DNA of 64,000 nucleotides from an uncultured Acidimicrobiia bacterium. GTDB taxonomy: Bacteria; Actinomycetota; Acidimicrobiia; Acidimicrobiales; AC-14. The stretch is taken from NCBI GenBank assembly GCA_963836205.1, contig CAWIIV010000024.1:220718-284717 (forward strand), written 5' to 3'. The notes below the pieces were generated by a model, which saw only the letters and a list, made by a program, of their open reading frames with translations, searched no databases and was not told the origin of the DNA. Both the position numbers and the translations under genes were made by a program. Below, in pieces: positions 27,308 to 41,255 of this stretch (the stretch's first letter is position 1; each line of letters starts with the position of its first letter).

Positions 27308-28228
27308 TCAGGCGGCGACCGCCGTGCCGAGGAGGCGCAGGAGCTCGGAGACGACCCATGCCGGCCGTTCGACGAGGTCGCCCCACGTGAAGCGCACGAC
27401 CCGCCAGCCGGCCCGGTGGAGCCGCCGGTCACGGGCTTCGTCAGCCTCCTGGTCGAGCTTGGCGGAGTGGTGGCGGTGACTGTCGAGCTCGATCAGCAGG
27501 CGGGCGGGCGGGTAGGCGACGTCGACCCGCCCGATCCATTCGGCGTCGTCGCCCACGTCCAACTGGCGGACGGGTTCGGCGAGGCCGGCGTCTCGGACGA
27601 GATCGCGGAAGCGGGCTTCCAACTCGCTCGCGGGCGGGATGTAGCCCTCGGCACGGGCGGCCAACAGACGCCGCATCACGGCCGTGCCCTTGCGACCTCG
27701 GCTGGCGAGGTCGAAGAAGGCAGCCTGGAGGGTCCCGGGAGTGGCGACGCCCATCGCCAGGCAGTTGTCGATCGCCCGCTCCGTCTTCCCCGGGTGGAGC
27801 ACGCCGGCGAGGTCGCAGAGCGTGCGGGCCACCCTCGTGGTGACGATGCCCTCGACGACCGTCAGGTGATGTTCCGGGAATGGCCGCCACCGGTGGACGA
27901 GCTCGCTGTCGGTCCGGTGCCGCCGGGGCCGGGGCGTGGTCACTTCGACGAGCCCGCGGCGCTCGAAGCCGGGGATGCCGAGGAGCGCGGCCGCCGACCG
28001 GTGCGAGGCGGCCGCCGCCGGACCGGCCGCCAGGACAAGCCCGTGAAGCCGTTGCTCCCAGGTCCGTGGGGATCCCAGGATCCGGTACACATTGACCGCC
28101 ACCTGCTCCCAATGGCCCGATCGGAGCCGGTGTCTTGTCGCCTCCCGGGTGAAGCCGAGACCCGCAATTTGCGCGCCGCTCACGAGGCCGTGCTGCCTTT
28201 CAGCAAGTTCCATGAGTTCTCGATCCAT
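27308..28228 (-). CDS. AbiEi-like antitoxin N-terminus + DUF559 endonuclease domain protein
   Basis: LAERQHGLVS, ASHRSAAALLG, RTLCDLA, RVDVAYP-LLIELDS-HH, RDRRL-GWRVVRFTW. Confidence 0.8.
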   Translation of the reverse strand: MDRELMELAERQHGLVSGAQIAGLGFTREATRHRLRSGHWEQVAVNVYRILGSPRTWEQRLHGLVLAAGPAAAASHRSAAALLGIPGFERRGLVEVTTPRPRRHRTDSELVHRWRPFPEHHLTVVEGIVTTRVARTLCDLAGVLHPGKTERAIDNCLAMGVATPGTLQAAFFDLASRGRKGTAVMRRLLAARAEGYIPPASELEARFRDLVRDAGLAEPVRQLDVGDDAEWIGRVDVAYPPARLLIELDSHRHHSAKLDQEADEARDRRLHRAGWRVVRFTWGDLVERPAWVVSELLRLLGTAVAA

Positions 28229-28262
28229 TTCGCGACGATGCCACACGTCGCGCACGATCGGC

Positions 28263-28372
28263 AACCGGTGACGTTTTCGGGGGTCCCCGCCCCCAGATCC
28301 CTCACCAGTTCGGTGACGGTCGGCAACCGGTGACGTTTTCGGGGGTCCCCGCCCCCAGATCCGTCACCAGTT
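28263..28372 (-). repeat. REP-like palindrome copies B (28263-28310) and C (28325-28372), near-identical tandem pair
   Basis: AACCGGTGAC-N28-(G/C)TCACCAGTT, inverted relative to copy A. Confidence 0.85.
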
Positions 28373-28411
28373 CGGGGTCTCGTTGTCGCAGGGTCGTCGT
28401 ACGCTGAGGGC

Positions 28412-30458
28412 ATGCCTCCGTTCCGGGTTGTGAGCGACTTCGAGCCGGGGGGCGACCAGCCCAAGGCCATCGAGGGGCTCACGCGCGGGGTCCAGCGGGG
28501 CGACCGGTTCCAGACGCTCCTGGGCATCACGGGCAGCGGCAAGTCGGCCACCATCGCCTGGACCATCGAGGCGGTACAGAAGCCCACGCTCGTCATCGCG
28601 CCCAACAAGTCGCTCGCGGCCCAGCTGGCCAACGAGTTCAAGGAGTTCTTCCCCGACAACCGGGTCGAGTACTTCGTCTCCTACTACGACTACTACCAGC
28701 CCGAGGCCTACATCCCCTCGAGCGACACGTACATCGAGAAGGACTCGTCGATCAACGACGAGATCGACCGCCTCCGCCACTCGCGCCACGTCCGGCCTCC
28801 TCGCCCGGCGGGACGTCATCGTCGTGGCCAGCGTGTCGTGCATCTACGGCCTGGGCTCGCCCGAGGAGTACGCCACCCAGGTCCTCCGCCTTCAACCCGG
28901 CGAGGAGCATCCCCAGCGGGCCATCCTCAGCCGGCTGGTCGACATGCAGTACGAGCGCAACGACGTGAACTTCGTCCGGGGCAAGTTCCGGGTGCGGGGC
29001 GACACCATCGAGGTCTTCCCCGCCTACGACGAGATGGGCGTGCGCATCGAGCTGTTCGGCGACGAGGTCGAGCGCATCAGCCGGGTCGACCCCCTCACCG
29101 GCGAGCTCATCGCCGACATCAAGGAGCTCGAGATCTTCCCCGCCACCCATTACGTGGCCGGCGAGATGCGCATGAAACGGGCCATCGTCCAGATCGAGGA
29201 GGAGCTTCAGCACCGGCTCAAGTGGTTCGAGAACGAGGGCAAGCTGCTCGAGGCCCAGCGGCTGCGGATGCGCACCCAGTACGACCTGGAGATGATGCAG
29301 GAGGTCGGCTTCTGCAACGGCATCGAGAACTACTCCCGCCACATCGACGGCCGCCGGCCGGGCGAGGCCCCCAACACCCTCCTCGACTTCTTCCCCGACG
29401 ACTTCCTCCTGGTCATCGACGAGTCGCACGTCACCGTCCCCCAGCTCCACGGCCAGTACGAGGGCGACCGGTCCCGGAAGGAGACCCTCGTCGACCACGG
29501 GTTCCGTCTCCCGTCGGCGGCCGACAACCGGCCCCTGCGCTTCGACGAGTGGTACGAGAAGGTCAATCAGTGCATCTTCTTGTCCGCCACCCCTTCGCCG
29601 TACGAGATCTCCCAGTCCAGCCAGGTGGTGGAGCAGGTGGTGCGGCCCACCGGCCTCACCGATCCCGAGGTGGTGGTCAAGCCCACCAAGGGCCAGATCG
29701 ACGACCTCATGGAGCAGATCAAGGTCACCGTCGAGCGGGGCGACCGGGTGCTCGTCACCACTCTCACCAAGAAGATGGCCGAAGACCTCACCGACTACCT
29801 GCTCGAGCTGGGCGTGCGGGTGCGCTACCTGCACAGCAACGTCGACACCGTCCAGCGCATCGAGATCCTCCGCGACCTGCGGCTGGGGGAGTTCGACGTC
29901 CTCGTCGGCATCAACCTCCTCCGGGAGGGGCTCGACCTGCCCGAGGTCAGCCTGGTGTGCATCCTCGACGCCGACAAGGAGGGCTTCCTCCGCAGCGAGA
30001 CGTCGCTCATCCAGACCATGGGCCGGGCCGCCCGCAACGTCGACGGCCAGGTGATCATGTACGCCGACAAGGTCACCGACTCCATGCAGCGGGCCATCTC
30101 CGAGACCAACCGCCGCCGGGGGGTGCAGGAGGCCTACAACCTCGAGCACGGCATCGACCCCCAGACCATCCGCAAGGCGGTCACCGACATCCTCGCCACC
30201 CTGCGGCCGGAAGGCGACGGCAAGTCGCCGATGCCCGGCAAGGACAAGCGGTCCCGGCGGCGTGACCGCTCCCGGTCCGACTTCTCCGAGCTGCCCCGCG
30301 AGGAGCTGGCCCGGCTCATCCAGACCCTCGAGGAGGAGATGAAGTCGGCCGCCGCCGATCTCCGCTTCGAGTACGCGGCCCGCCTGCGGGATGAGGTCCA
30401 CGACCTGAAGCGGGAGCTGAAGGAGATGGAGGAAGGGCTCAGGCCGGCATCGGCCTAG
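28412..30458 (+). CDS. uvrB: Excinuclease ABC subunit B (frameshift near 28783, likely sequencing error)
   Basis: [40 protein letters not shown]-terminal UVR motif. Confidence 0.96.
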
Positions 30459-30466
30459 GCCGATAC
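30439..30466 (+). promoter_or_regulatory. Sigma-28-like promoter
   Basis: TCAGG-N15-GCCGATAC. Confidence 0.55.
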
Positions 30467-30484
30467 CTACAGGGTGACCTCGGG

Positions 30485-32260
30485 ATGGCTTCGGCGCGCA
30501 CGGGTACGTCCGTGACGCTCGTGACCGATCCCCCCGCCCCGACCGGGTCGGTGGCCGGATGGCACCTCCGGGCGTGGCGGGCTCCGGTGCGGGTCCACCT
30601 GGCCGTCCTCGGGCTCGTCCTCGTGGGCCTCATGGCGGTCGTGGGCACGAGCGCCTCGTTCTCGGCCGACGAAGGAGCCGTCATCCTCCAGGCCCGGTCG
30701 CTGGCCCGGGGGGACGGGTGGATCGTGCCCCACCCGGTGCCCGAGGCCGACCCCGACGGCGTCGCCTACCCGCTCGAGCTGTCGGCCGGGGGTTCACGGG
30801 GGATGGCCCCCTTCGCCAAGCACCCGCTCTACGCGATCGTCCTGGCCGGAGCGGCACGGGTGGGCGGGATCAACGCCATGGTCGCCCTCTCCCTCCTGGG
30901 GACGGTGGCGGCCGCGGCGGTGGCGGCCGCCCTCGCCTCCCGCATGGGCGGCCCCGGCCTGGCCCGTCCCGCCCTGTGGGGCGTGGGGCTGGGCACGCCC
31001 CTCCTCCTCGACGGCTACCTGGTGATCGCCCACACGCTCGGCGCGGCGCTGGCCGGCGCCACCGTGCTGGTGGCGGCGCGGGCCGTCGAACGCCGGAAGC
31101 CTGTCCTCGCGTTCGCGGTCGGCATCCTGGCCGCGGTGACGGTCCTGTTCCGCACCGAGGCGCTCCTGCTGGCGGCCGCTCTCGCCCTCGTGGTGGGCCT
31201 GCTGGCGTTGCGGCGCCGAGGATCCGAGCGGGGGACGGCGGCCCTGGTGGGCGGGGCTGCGGTTGCCGGCGCCGGCCTGGCCCTGGTGGCCGAGAGGCTG
31301 TGGTCGACCGCGATCGTGGGCGCGGCCACGCTCCACGTCGGGAGCAGCCCGTCCAGCGCCGGCGACGCCGGCTACCTGGCGGGACGGGTCCGCTCCTTCG
31401 CCCTCACCTGGCTGCGTCCGTCGTACGACGGGGGGACGGGGGACCTGATCCTCGTGGTCATGGCGGCGGCCGTCGCCCTGGCCGTGCTCGCCGCCCGCCG
31501 CCACCCGGGTGAAAACGGCCCGATCACGGTCCTCGCCGTGGTCGCCGCCGCCGCCTCGGTGCTCGCCGTGGTGATCGTCCCGGCCACTGTCGTGCCCGGC
31601 CTCCTGATCGCCAGCCCGCTCGTCCTCGCCGGCCTGGTCGCCGTCCGCCGGTCACACTTCGTCTCCTCGGGGACCACCGCCACTCTCGCCGCCGGGACCT
31701 TCGCCGGCTTCGCCCTGGCCGTGCTCGCCACCCAATACTCGACCGGTGGGTCGTTCGAGTGGGGAGGCCGGTACTTCGCCATCGGCCTGCCCCTCGTGGT
31801 ACCCGTCGGCCTGCTCGCCCTCCGGCAGGTGGGTGAGAGCCTGGCCCCCACCACCCGCCGGCTGGCGGCCGCCGGACTCGTGGTGTGCACCCTCAGCATG
31901 GCCGTCATGTCCGTCGGCGCCATCCGGGAGACCCGCCGCCTCACCGGCGAGATGATGGTGGCCATCGACCGCGCCGCCCGGACGATCGACGCCCGGCCCG
32001 TCATCCTCACCACCGAGCGGGCCGTTCCCCGCACCGCGTGGGCCACCTTCGACCGCCAGCGGTGGCTGCTCGACCTCTCCGACGACCTCTCGCCCGTGGT
32101 CGGCCGGCTGCGGGGCGCGGGCATCGACCGCATCGCCCTGGTGTCCAGCCGGCGCACCGAGACTCTCCTCCGCCAGCTCGGCCCGGGCGTCACCGTGGTC
32201 TCCGCCGACGCCTGGGCCCAGAGCGTCGGATGGCGGGTTCTCGTCCTCGAACTGGCGTAG
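30485..32260 (+). CDS. Polytopic membrane protein, ArnT/PMT (GT-C)-like
   Basis: SADEG acidic motif after the first TM, FRTE, WGGRYF, many TMs; fold is inference. Confidence 0.55.
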   Translation: MASARTGTSVTLVTDPPAPTGSVAGWHLRAWRAPVRVHLAVLGLVLVGLMAVVGTSASFSADEGAVILQARSLARGDGWIVPHPVPEADPDGVAYPLELSAGGSRGMAPFAKHPLYAIVLAGAARVGGINAMVALSLLGTVAAAAVAAALASRMGGPGLARPALWGVGLGTPLLLDGYLVIAHTLGAALAGATVLVAARAVERRKPVLAFAVGILAAVTVLFRTEALLLAAALALVVGLLALRRRGSERGTAALVGGAAVAGAGLALVAERLWSTAIVGAATLHVGSSPSSAGDAGYLAGRVRSFALTWLRPSYDGGTGDLILVVMAAAVALAVLAARRHPGENGPITVLAVVAAAASVLAVVIVPATVVPGLLIASPLVLAGLVAVRRSHFVSSGTTATLAAGTFAGFALAVLATQYSTGGSFEWGGRYFAIGLPLVVPVGLLALRQVGESLAPTTRRLAAAGLVVCTLSMAVMSVGAIRETRRLTGEMMVAIDRAARTIDARPVILTTERAVPRTAWATFDRQRWLLDLSDDLSPVVGRLRGAGIDRIALVSSRRTETLLRQLGPGVTVVSADAWAQSVGWRVLVLELA

Positions 32261-32295
32261 CCAGGTTGGATTTGGCCCAGGGGTACCCTCGGAGG

Positions 32296-35172
<2,877 letters not shown>

Positions 35173-35210
35173 GCGGCCTCCGCCCCCCACGAGGGCGCGC
35201 AGACGGCGGC

Positions 35211-35238
35211 TCAAGCGGGCCGCGCCGATGGTCGATAG
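35211..35238 (+). promoter_or_regulatory. Sigma-28-like promoter
   Basis: TCAAG-N15-GTCGATAG, ending 7 nt before GTG 35246. Confidence 0.55.
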
Positions 35239-35245
35239 GTACAAG

Positions 35246-36562
35246 GTGCGCCGCCTGGCCCGTCCGCTGATGACCGTGGGGACGGTTCTCGTCGTCCTCG
35301 GCCTGAGCAAGGCCCACGCGGTGGCCAACGCCTACGACTACACCGAGTCCTTCCGCTTCGCCTGGTCGCTGGCCTACATCGGCCTGCTGCTCCTGGCCTC
35401 CTACGGCGCCGGCCTCCCCGACCTGCCCCGCACCGTCCGGTCGGCCCTGGTCACCAGCATCGCCTCCACGACGGTGGCGGCCCTGGGCATCTCGGTCTTC
35501 CAGCTGGTCCTGGGTGCCCCCCTGCTGCCCCGTTTCGTGGTCCTGGGCGCCAGCGGCCTCCTGGTGCCCTACCTGGTCCTGCTCTCCGCTCTGTCCCGGG
35601 ACGGGACCTCTCGTGACGGGCAGCGCGACCGGGTGGTGGCGGTGGCGGGCCTCGACGAGGGGATCCACCTGGGCGACGAGCTCGACGCCCACCCCGAGCG
35701 GCCGGCGGTGCTGGCCTGCGTCCTCTCCCCCGAGGACGCGACGGGACAGTCGGGCCGGTCGCCGCTCGTCGAGGCGGCACGGACCGCCAGGGCCACCGCC
35801 ATCGTGCTCGACCGGGCCGCCCAGAACGACGACTCGATCGTGGCCCAGGCGGCCGAGCTCCACGAGGCCGGCATCCGCATCCGCACCCTCTCCCTCTTCT
35901 ACGACCAGTGGCTGGGCAAGCTCCCCCTGTCGGAGCTGGAGCGGGTCTCCCTCCTCTTCGACATCGGCGAGCTCCACCGGGCCCGGTACGGGCGCATCCG
36001 CCGGGTCGTCGACGGCGCCGCCGCCCTGGCCGGGCTGGTCGCCCTGGTCGGCGTGCTCCCCGTGGTGTGGGTCGGCAACCGCTTCGCCAACCGGGGTCCG
36101 CTCTTCTACCGGCAGCCCCGGGTGGGCAAGGGGGGCAAGGAGTTCCAGATCCTGAAGCTGCGGACCATGCGGGACGACGCCGAGAGCATCTCCGCCTGGA
36201 CCTCCGACGACGACCCCCGGATCACCCCCTTCGGCGCCTGGCTGCGGCGCACCCACCTGGACGAGCTGCCTCAGGTCCTCAACATCATCCGGGGCGACCT
36301 GTCGGTGGTCGGGCCGCGGCCCGAGCAGCCCCGCTACGTCGAGGAGCTCACCGGCAAGATCCCCTTCTACCGCCTCCGCCACCTGGTGCGGCCGGGCCTC
36401 ACCGGCTGGGCCCAGGTGAAATACCCCTACGGCGCCAGCGAGATCGACGCCCTCGAGAAGCTCCAGTACGAGTTCTTCTACCTGCGCCACCAGAGCCTGG
36501 GCCTCGACCTCCGCATCATCGGACGCACGGTGCGCAGCGTGATCGGACGGGGCGGCACGTGA
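35246..36562 (+). CDS. Priming sugar-1-phosphate transferase (WcaJ/WbaP-like)
   Basis: KLRTM, DPRITPFG-WLRRTHLDELPQ, GDLSVVGPRPE, RPGLTGWAQV. Confidence 0.92.
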   Translation: MRRLARPLMTVGTVLVVLGLSKAHAVANAYDYTESFRFAWSLAYIGLLLLASYGAGLPDLPRTVRSALVTSIASTTVAALGISVFQLVLGAPLLPRFVVLGASGLLVPYLVLLSALSRDGTSRDGQRDRVVAVAGLDEGIHLGDELDAHPERPAVLACVLSPEDATGQSGRSPLVEAARTARATAIVLDRAAQNDDSIVAQAAELHEAGIRIRTLSLFYDQWLGKLPLSELERVSLLFDIGELHRARYGRIRRVVDGAAALAGLVALVGVLPVVWVGNRFANRGPLFYRQPRVGKGGKEFQILKLRTMRDDAESISAWTSDDDPRITPFGAWLRRTHLDELPQVLNIIRGDLSVVGPRPEQPRYVEELTGKIPFYRLRHLVRPGLTGWAQVKYPYGASEIDALEKLQYEFFYLRHQSLGLDLRIIGRTVRSVIGRGGT

Positions 36563-37305
36563 CCCGGCCCGAGGTCGACGTGGTCATCCTCACGTGGAAC
36601 GACGGTGACCTGCTGGGAAGGGCCGTCTCGTCGGCGCTGGCGTCGGAGGGGGTGGACGTCAACGTCCTCGTCGTCGACAACGGCTCCGATCCGCCGGCCA
36701 CGGTCGCTGCGGACCCTCGCGTCACCCTGGTGCGCAACGCTCGGAACCGGGGGGTGGCGCCGGCCCGCAACCAGGGCGCCTCCCTCGGCTCGGCGCCCGT
36801 GATCTGCTTTCTCGACAGCGACGCCCGCCTCCTCCCGACCACCCTGCTCGCCCTCGCCGAAGCCCTCGACCAGCCCGGCGTGGCCCTGACCGCGCCCGTC
36901 TTCTCCGGGCAACGGCCGGAGGAGAGCGCGGGCCGGGCACCGTCGCTGGTCGTCAAGGTGATGCGCGTGCTCGACCTCCGCAGCACGTACGAGTTGGACG
37001 GGACGGGCGGGCCGTCGTGGGACGTCGACTTCGCCATCGGGGCCTGCCAACTCGTGCGCCGGGACGCGTTCGAGCGGGCCGGCGGCTTCGACGAGTCCTA
37101 CTTCTACGGTCCGGAGGACGTCGACCTCTGCCTCCGCCTGCGGGAAGGCGGGGCCCGGGTGGTGCAGGTGGGGGCGGCGAGGTGCGAACACCCGCCCCGG
37201 CGACGGAACCGTGGACTACTCACCAAGCGGGGGATCCAGCACGGCCGGGCCGTCGTCCGTCACCTGTGGCGGCACCGGCACTTCGGCCGGCGCGTCCCCG
37301 CATGA
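36559..37305 (+). CDS. Glycosyltransferase family 2
   Basis: VVILTWN, VVDNGS, FLDSDA, GGFDE-EDVDLC. Confidence 0.9.
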   Translation: MTRPEVDVVILTWNDGDLLGRAVSSALASEGVDVNVLVVDNGSDPPATVAADPRVTLVRNARNRGVAPARNQGASLGSAPVICFLDSDARLLPTTLLALAEALDQPGVALTAPVFSGQRPEESAGRAPSLVVKVMRVLDLRSTYELDGTGGPSWDVDFAIGACQLVRRDAFERAGGFDESYFYGPEDVDLCLRLREGGARVVQVGAARCEHPPRRRNRGLLTKRGIQHGRAVVRHLWRHRHFGRRVPA

Positions 37306-38426
37306 CGGCCGCGCCGGTCGACACGGTCATCGTCGCCTACCGCAGCGAGGACGTGATCCGGCGGGCGGTCACCCAAGCCCTCGTCCTCGGCGGGCGGGTC
37401 GTCGTGGTCGACCACGGGGACGGGGCCTCGGCCGCGATCGCCTCCGAGGTGGGCGCGGTCGCCGTCAACGATCCCCGAAATCCCGGATTCGGCGCCGGTC
37501 AGAACCGGGGTGTGGCCATGACCGATTCGCCGTACGTGCTCCTCTGCAACCCCGACGCCGACATCGCCACGGACGCGGTCAGGGCGGGCGTGACCGTGCT
37601 CGACCGACGCCCGGACGTGGCCGCGGTGCAGGGCGTGGTGGTTAACCGCACCACGGGCCGGGCCGAGCGCAGCGCCGGCGTCGAACTGGGCCCGGTGCAC
37701 CTGCTGGGCCGGGCCGTGGGCGCTCGCGCCCTGCTGGGCCACCGGTGGGCCCGGGCCCTGGCCGTCCGCTCCCGCCTGCTGCGCGACCATGCCGACCGGG
37801 TGCCGACCGGTCCCACCGACGTGGAGAGCCTGGCCGCCACCGCCGTCCTCGTCCGCCGGGCGGCCTTCGACGCCGTCGGCGGCTTCGACCAGTCCTATTT
37901 CCTCTACGGCGAGGACCTCGACCTCTGCCGCCGGCTGCGGGACGCCGGGTGGGCCCTGGTCACCCTCCCCGGCGTCTGGGCCACCCACGTGAGCGGAGGT
38001 TCGGCAGAGTCGGGCTGGAACCGCGAAGCCAACTGGTGGCGGGGCACAATGCAGTTCGCCGCCGGCCGATGGGGGCCTTGGGCCTGGACCGTCGCCCTGG
38101 TCGCAGCGATCACCCGCTGGGCCCGGCTGGCGGCCCGACACCCCCGCCACGCCCGAGCCGCGTTCGACGCGATGGTGGCCGACCCGCGCCGCCGACGGGC
38201 GGTCGCGAAACGGTCCGCGCCGCCGCCTGACCGGCTGGCCCCGGTCACATCCGACGGGTCCGCTTCAGGCGGGCGGCCTGGCGGGCGACCCGCGGCGTCA
38301 ACCGGGTCAACCAGAGGAACAGCCGGGGCCGCCCGAACACCGGGTGGAGGTGCGCGCCCACGTCGCGGGCGATCGTGCGCGCCTCCCCGTAGCGACCGCC
38401 GCCGAGCAGCTCGACGACGTTCGTAA
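37302..38426 (+). CDS. Glycosyltransferase family 2 (true end possibly near 38230)
   Basis: NPGFGAGQNRG, LCNPDA, GGFDQSYFLYGEDLDLC; tail overlaps the convergent gene. Confidence 0.85.
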   Translation: MTAAPVDTVIVAYRSEDVIRRAVTQALVLGGRVVVVDHGDGASAAIASEVGAVAVNDPRNPGFGAGQNRGVAMTDSPYVLLCNPDADIATDAVRAGVTVLDRRPDVAAVQGVVVNRTTGRAERSAGVELGPVHLLGRAVGARALLGHRWARALAVRSRLLRDHADRVPTGPTDVESLAATAVLVRRAAFDAVGGFDQSYFLYGEDLDLCRRLRDAGWALVTLPGVWATHVSGGSAESGWNREANWWRGTMQFAAGRWGPWAWTVALVAAITRWARLAARHPRHARAAFDAMVADPRRRRAVAKRSAPPPDRLAPVTSDGSASGGRPGGRPAASTGSTRGTAGAARTPGGGARPRRGRSCAPPRSDRRRAARRRS

Positions 38427-39159
38427 GGTTCTCGTCCCAGTACCAGCGGTCGACGGCCATCGCCGCGGCATGGGGCTGGCCGTGCTTCAGCAGGGCCCGT
38501 GACTCCTCCAGGGCGAAGGCGAGCCCGCCCGCGCTCCCCGTCTTCGAGCCCTCGTGGACCTCGAACGCGGCCAACGGCACGGGCACGTAGACCGCCCGCA
38601 CCCCCGCGGCCATGAACCGGAGCCACAACTCGAAGTCCATGGTGAGGTGGAAGTCCTCGTCGATGCCGCCGACCTGTTCGAGCGCGGCCGCCAGGAAGAA
38701 GGTTCCCGGTTGCGAGATGACGTTCCCCCGACGGAACGACGCGTCCGTCAGGCGGGGGGGAGGCTTCGTCACCCACCGTTCCTCACCCCGGCGGACTTCG
38801 AGGTCGCCGTAGACCCAGCCCGCGCCGGGCGCGGCGCGCAGCGCGCCGACGGCGGCCTCGACCGCACCCGGGAACAGGACGTCGTCCGCGTTCAACCAGG
38901 TCACGACCTCGCCGGTGGCCATGCCGAAGCCCTTGTTGAGGGCGTCGCTCTGGCCGCGGTCCGGCTCGGAGATCCACCGGATGTGCCCCTGGGAGGCGAG
39001 AAACTCGGTGGTGCCGTCCTGCGAACCTCCGTCGACGACCACGTGCTCGACGTTGGGGTAGGTCTGGTTCCTCACGCTCTCGACGCAACGGGGCAGGCGG
39101 TCGGCCATGTTGAACGTCGGGGTCACGACCGAGACCAGGGGGGATTCGGCCGGTGTCAT
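38245..39159 (-). CDS. Glycosyltransferase family 2 (WcaE-like)
   Basis: VSVVTPTFN, VDGGSQDGT, EPDRGQSDALNKG, WLNADD. Confidence 0.92.
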   Translation of the reverse strand: MTPAESPLVSVVTPTFNMADRLPRCVESVRNQTYPNVEHVVVDGGSQDGTTEFLASQGHIRWISEPDRGQSDALNKGFGMATGEVVTWLNADDVLFPGAVEAAVGALRAAPGAGWVYGDLEVRRGEERWVTKPPPRLTDASFRRGNVISQPGTFFLAAALEQVGGIDEDFHLTMDFELWLRFMAAGVRAVYVPVPLAAFEVHEGSKTGSAGGLAFALEESRALLKHGQPHAAAMAVDRWYWDENLTNVVELLGGGRYGEARTIARDVGAHLHPVFGRPRLFLWLTRLTPRVARQAARLKRTRRM

Positions 39160-39205
39160 CGGGTGCCGGCGTCGGCGCGCTGGCGGGGCGCGGGCGACCC
39201 CAGCC

Positions 39206-39233
39206 TAAACCCCGGTGTCCGAACTGCCGATGT
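39206..39233 (+). promoter_or_regulatory. Sigma-28-like promoter
   Basis: TAAAC-N15-GCCGATGT. Confidence 0.5.
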
Positions 39234-39341
39234 AGACAGTGGAGACGTTCCCCTCCATCCGACCCGTATGGGCGAACCACTATGGGAGCAGCCCGGTCGG
39301 AGAGTCAACCGCCGGGAAGGAACCGAAGAGAGGGTTGGCAC

Positions 39342-40316
39342 ATGCGTCGAGCGCTGGTCTGCGGAGCGGGTGGCTTCATCGGCACCCATCTGGTGACTCG
39401 GCTCCGGGCCGACGGCTACTGGGTCCGGGGAGTCGACAGCAAGCGCCCCGAATTCGGCCCCACGACAGCGCACGAGTTCGCGGTGCTCGACCTTCGGGAG
39501 CGTGACGCCTGCGGGACTGCCCTCGCGGTCGACGGTGGGTTCGACGAGGTCTACCAACTGGCCGCCGACATGGGTGGCATGGGCTTCATCCACTCCGCGG
39601 AGTGCGAGATCATGCGCAACAACGCCCTCATCAACCTCAACATGGTCGACGCCGCCGCCGCCGCCCAGGCGCCCCGGTACTTCTACTCGTCGTCGGTCTG
39701 CATCTACCGCGACATGGAGCCCGGCGAGCCGGAGATGACCGAGGCCGGCGCCTACCCGGCCCTGCCCGACAACGAGTACGGGTGGGAGAAGCTGTATGCC
39801 GAGCGGGTGGCCCAGGCCTACGGACGCCGGTTCGGGATGGCCGTCCGGATCGCCCGCTTCCAGAACTGCTACGGGCCCGAGGGCACCTGGCGGGGCGGCC
39901 GCGAGAAGGCCCCGGCGGCGATGTGCCGGAAGGTGGCGGAGGCCGCCGACGGCGGGACGATCGAGGTGTGGGGGGACGGGTCGGCGATCCGCTCCTACAC
40001 CTACGTCGACGACATGGTCGACGGCATCGTGCGCCTCACCCGCTCCGACCTCGAGGGCGCGGTCAACATCGGCAGCCCCGAGTACGTCAGCGTGGAGCAA
40101 CTGGTCGGGGTGGTCGAGGAGGTCGCCGGGAAGCGGGTCGACATCCGCTACGTCGACGGGCCCGTCGGCGTGCAGTCCCGCAACTTCTCCAATGCCCGCA
40201 TCGAGTCGCTGGGCTGGCGCTCGCAGTTCTCGCTCCGGGACGGGATCGCCCGCACCTACCCGTGGATCGAGCGGCAGGTCGCCGCCGCCGCTGCCACCAC
40301 CGCCACCGCCCGGTAA
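39342..40316 (+). CDS. NAD-dependent epimerase, GDP-mannose 3,5-epimerase-like
   Basis: GAGGFIG, QLAADMGGMGFI, YGWEK, GGREKAPAAMCRK. Confidence 0.88.
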   Translation: MRRALVCGAGGFIGTHLVTRLRADGYWVRGVDSKRPEFGPTTAHEFAVLDLRERDACGTALAVDGGFDEVYQLAADMGGMGFIHSAECEIMRNNALINLNMVDAAAAAQAPRYFYSSSVCIYRDMEPGEPEMTEAGAYPALPDNEYGWEKLYAERVAQAYGRRFGMAVRIARFQNCYGPEGTWRGGREKAPAAMCRKVAEAADGGTIEVWGDGSAIRSYTYVDDMVDGIVRLTRSDLEGAVNIGSPEYVSVEQLVGVVEEVAGKRVDIRYVDGPVGVQSRNFSNARIESLGWRSQFSLRDGIARTYPWIERQVAAAAATTATAR

Positions 40317-40364
40317 GGCAGTCCGGCCCCGCAGCCGAGGGGTCGATTTCGGAGGAAGCAGCCG

Positions 40365-41255
40365 ATGAAACCGCAGCCCGAGGCCGGGACGGGAGGGCCC
40401 ACGATGGGAAACGTCCGCCGCTGGGCCAAGGCCCTTCTCCCGCCGGTCGTGGCGACGGGACTGCGGCGGCTCCGCGACGGCCGTTCGCCGCAGGAATGGA
40501 GCTACCGACCGTCGTGGCCCGTCGCCGGCGACCCGGGATGGGCGGAGCCGGCGATCGCCGAGACCCAGGCCAAGCGCCTCCGGGGCTTCGCCGAGGCGAT
40601 CGCGGCGCCGCGGCCGCTGGGCGTCTCGGCCGAGGCGGGGGTCCAGGTATCGGGTGACCCGGACTACGCGGCCCACAACACCTACCTCGCCTTCGCCTAC
40701 GCCTTCGCCCGGGCCGCGCTCGACGGCCCGCCCGTCTCCGTTCTCGACTGGGGAGGGGGCCTCGGTCAGTACCGGCTGCTGCTCGGCTCGCTGTTCCCGG
40801 ACGTTGCCGTCTCCTACACGTGCCACGACCTCCAGCCCCTCGTCGAGGCCGGAGCCTCCCTGGTCGACGACGTCGCCTTCGACGCCGACCCCGACCGGGT
40901 GCTGGCCGGGCGCTACTCGCTGGTCGTGGCCAGCGGCTCGTTGCACTACACCGAGGCGTGGCCCGACCTGCTGCGGTCGTTGAGCAGGGCCGCCACCCGG
41001 TGGCTCTACGTGACCCGCCTGCCCGTGGTCATCGCCGCCGACGACTACGTCCTCGTCCAGCACGCCCACCGTCACGGGTACCCGGCGTCGTACCCGGGGT
41101 GGGTCCTCAACCGGGCCCGGTTCGTGGGCGCGGTCGAGGCCGACGGCTTCGAGCTGGTCCGTGAGCTCCTCATCGACGAACGCCCGCCGGCCCCGGGAGC
41201 GCCGGAGCAACCCGAGTACCGTGGATTCCTCTTCAGGAGGACAGAAGATGGTTGA
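40365..41255 (+). CDS. Putative SAM-dependent methyltransferase (LIC12133/TIGR04325-like)
   Basis: VLDWGGGLG, ASGSLHY, SYPGWVLN. Confidence 0.7.
   Translation: MKPQPEAGTGGPTMGNVRRWAKALLPPVVATGLRRLRDGRSPQEWSYRPSWPVAGDPGWAEPAIAETQAKRLRGFAEAIAAPRPLGVSAEAGVQVSGDPDYAAHNTYLAFAYAFARAALDGPPVSVLDWGGGLGQYRLLLGSLFPDVAVSYTCHDLQPLVEAGASLVDDVAFDADPDRVLAGRYSLVVASGSLHYTEAWPDLLRSLSRAATRWLYVTRLPVVIAADDYVLVQHAHRHGYPASYPGWVLNRARFVGAVEADGFELVRELLIDERPPAPGAPEQPEYRGFLFRRTEDG

Noticed and set aside
28263-28372. Possible mini-CRISPR
   Set aside because: Two copies only, separated by 14 nt; they belong to the dispersed palindrome family.
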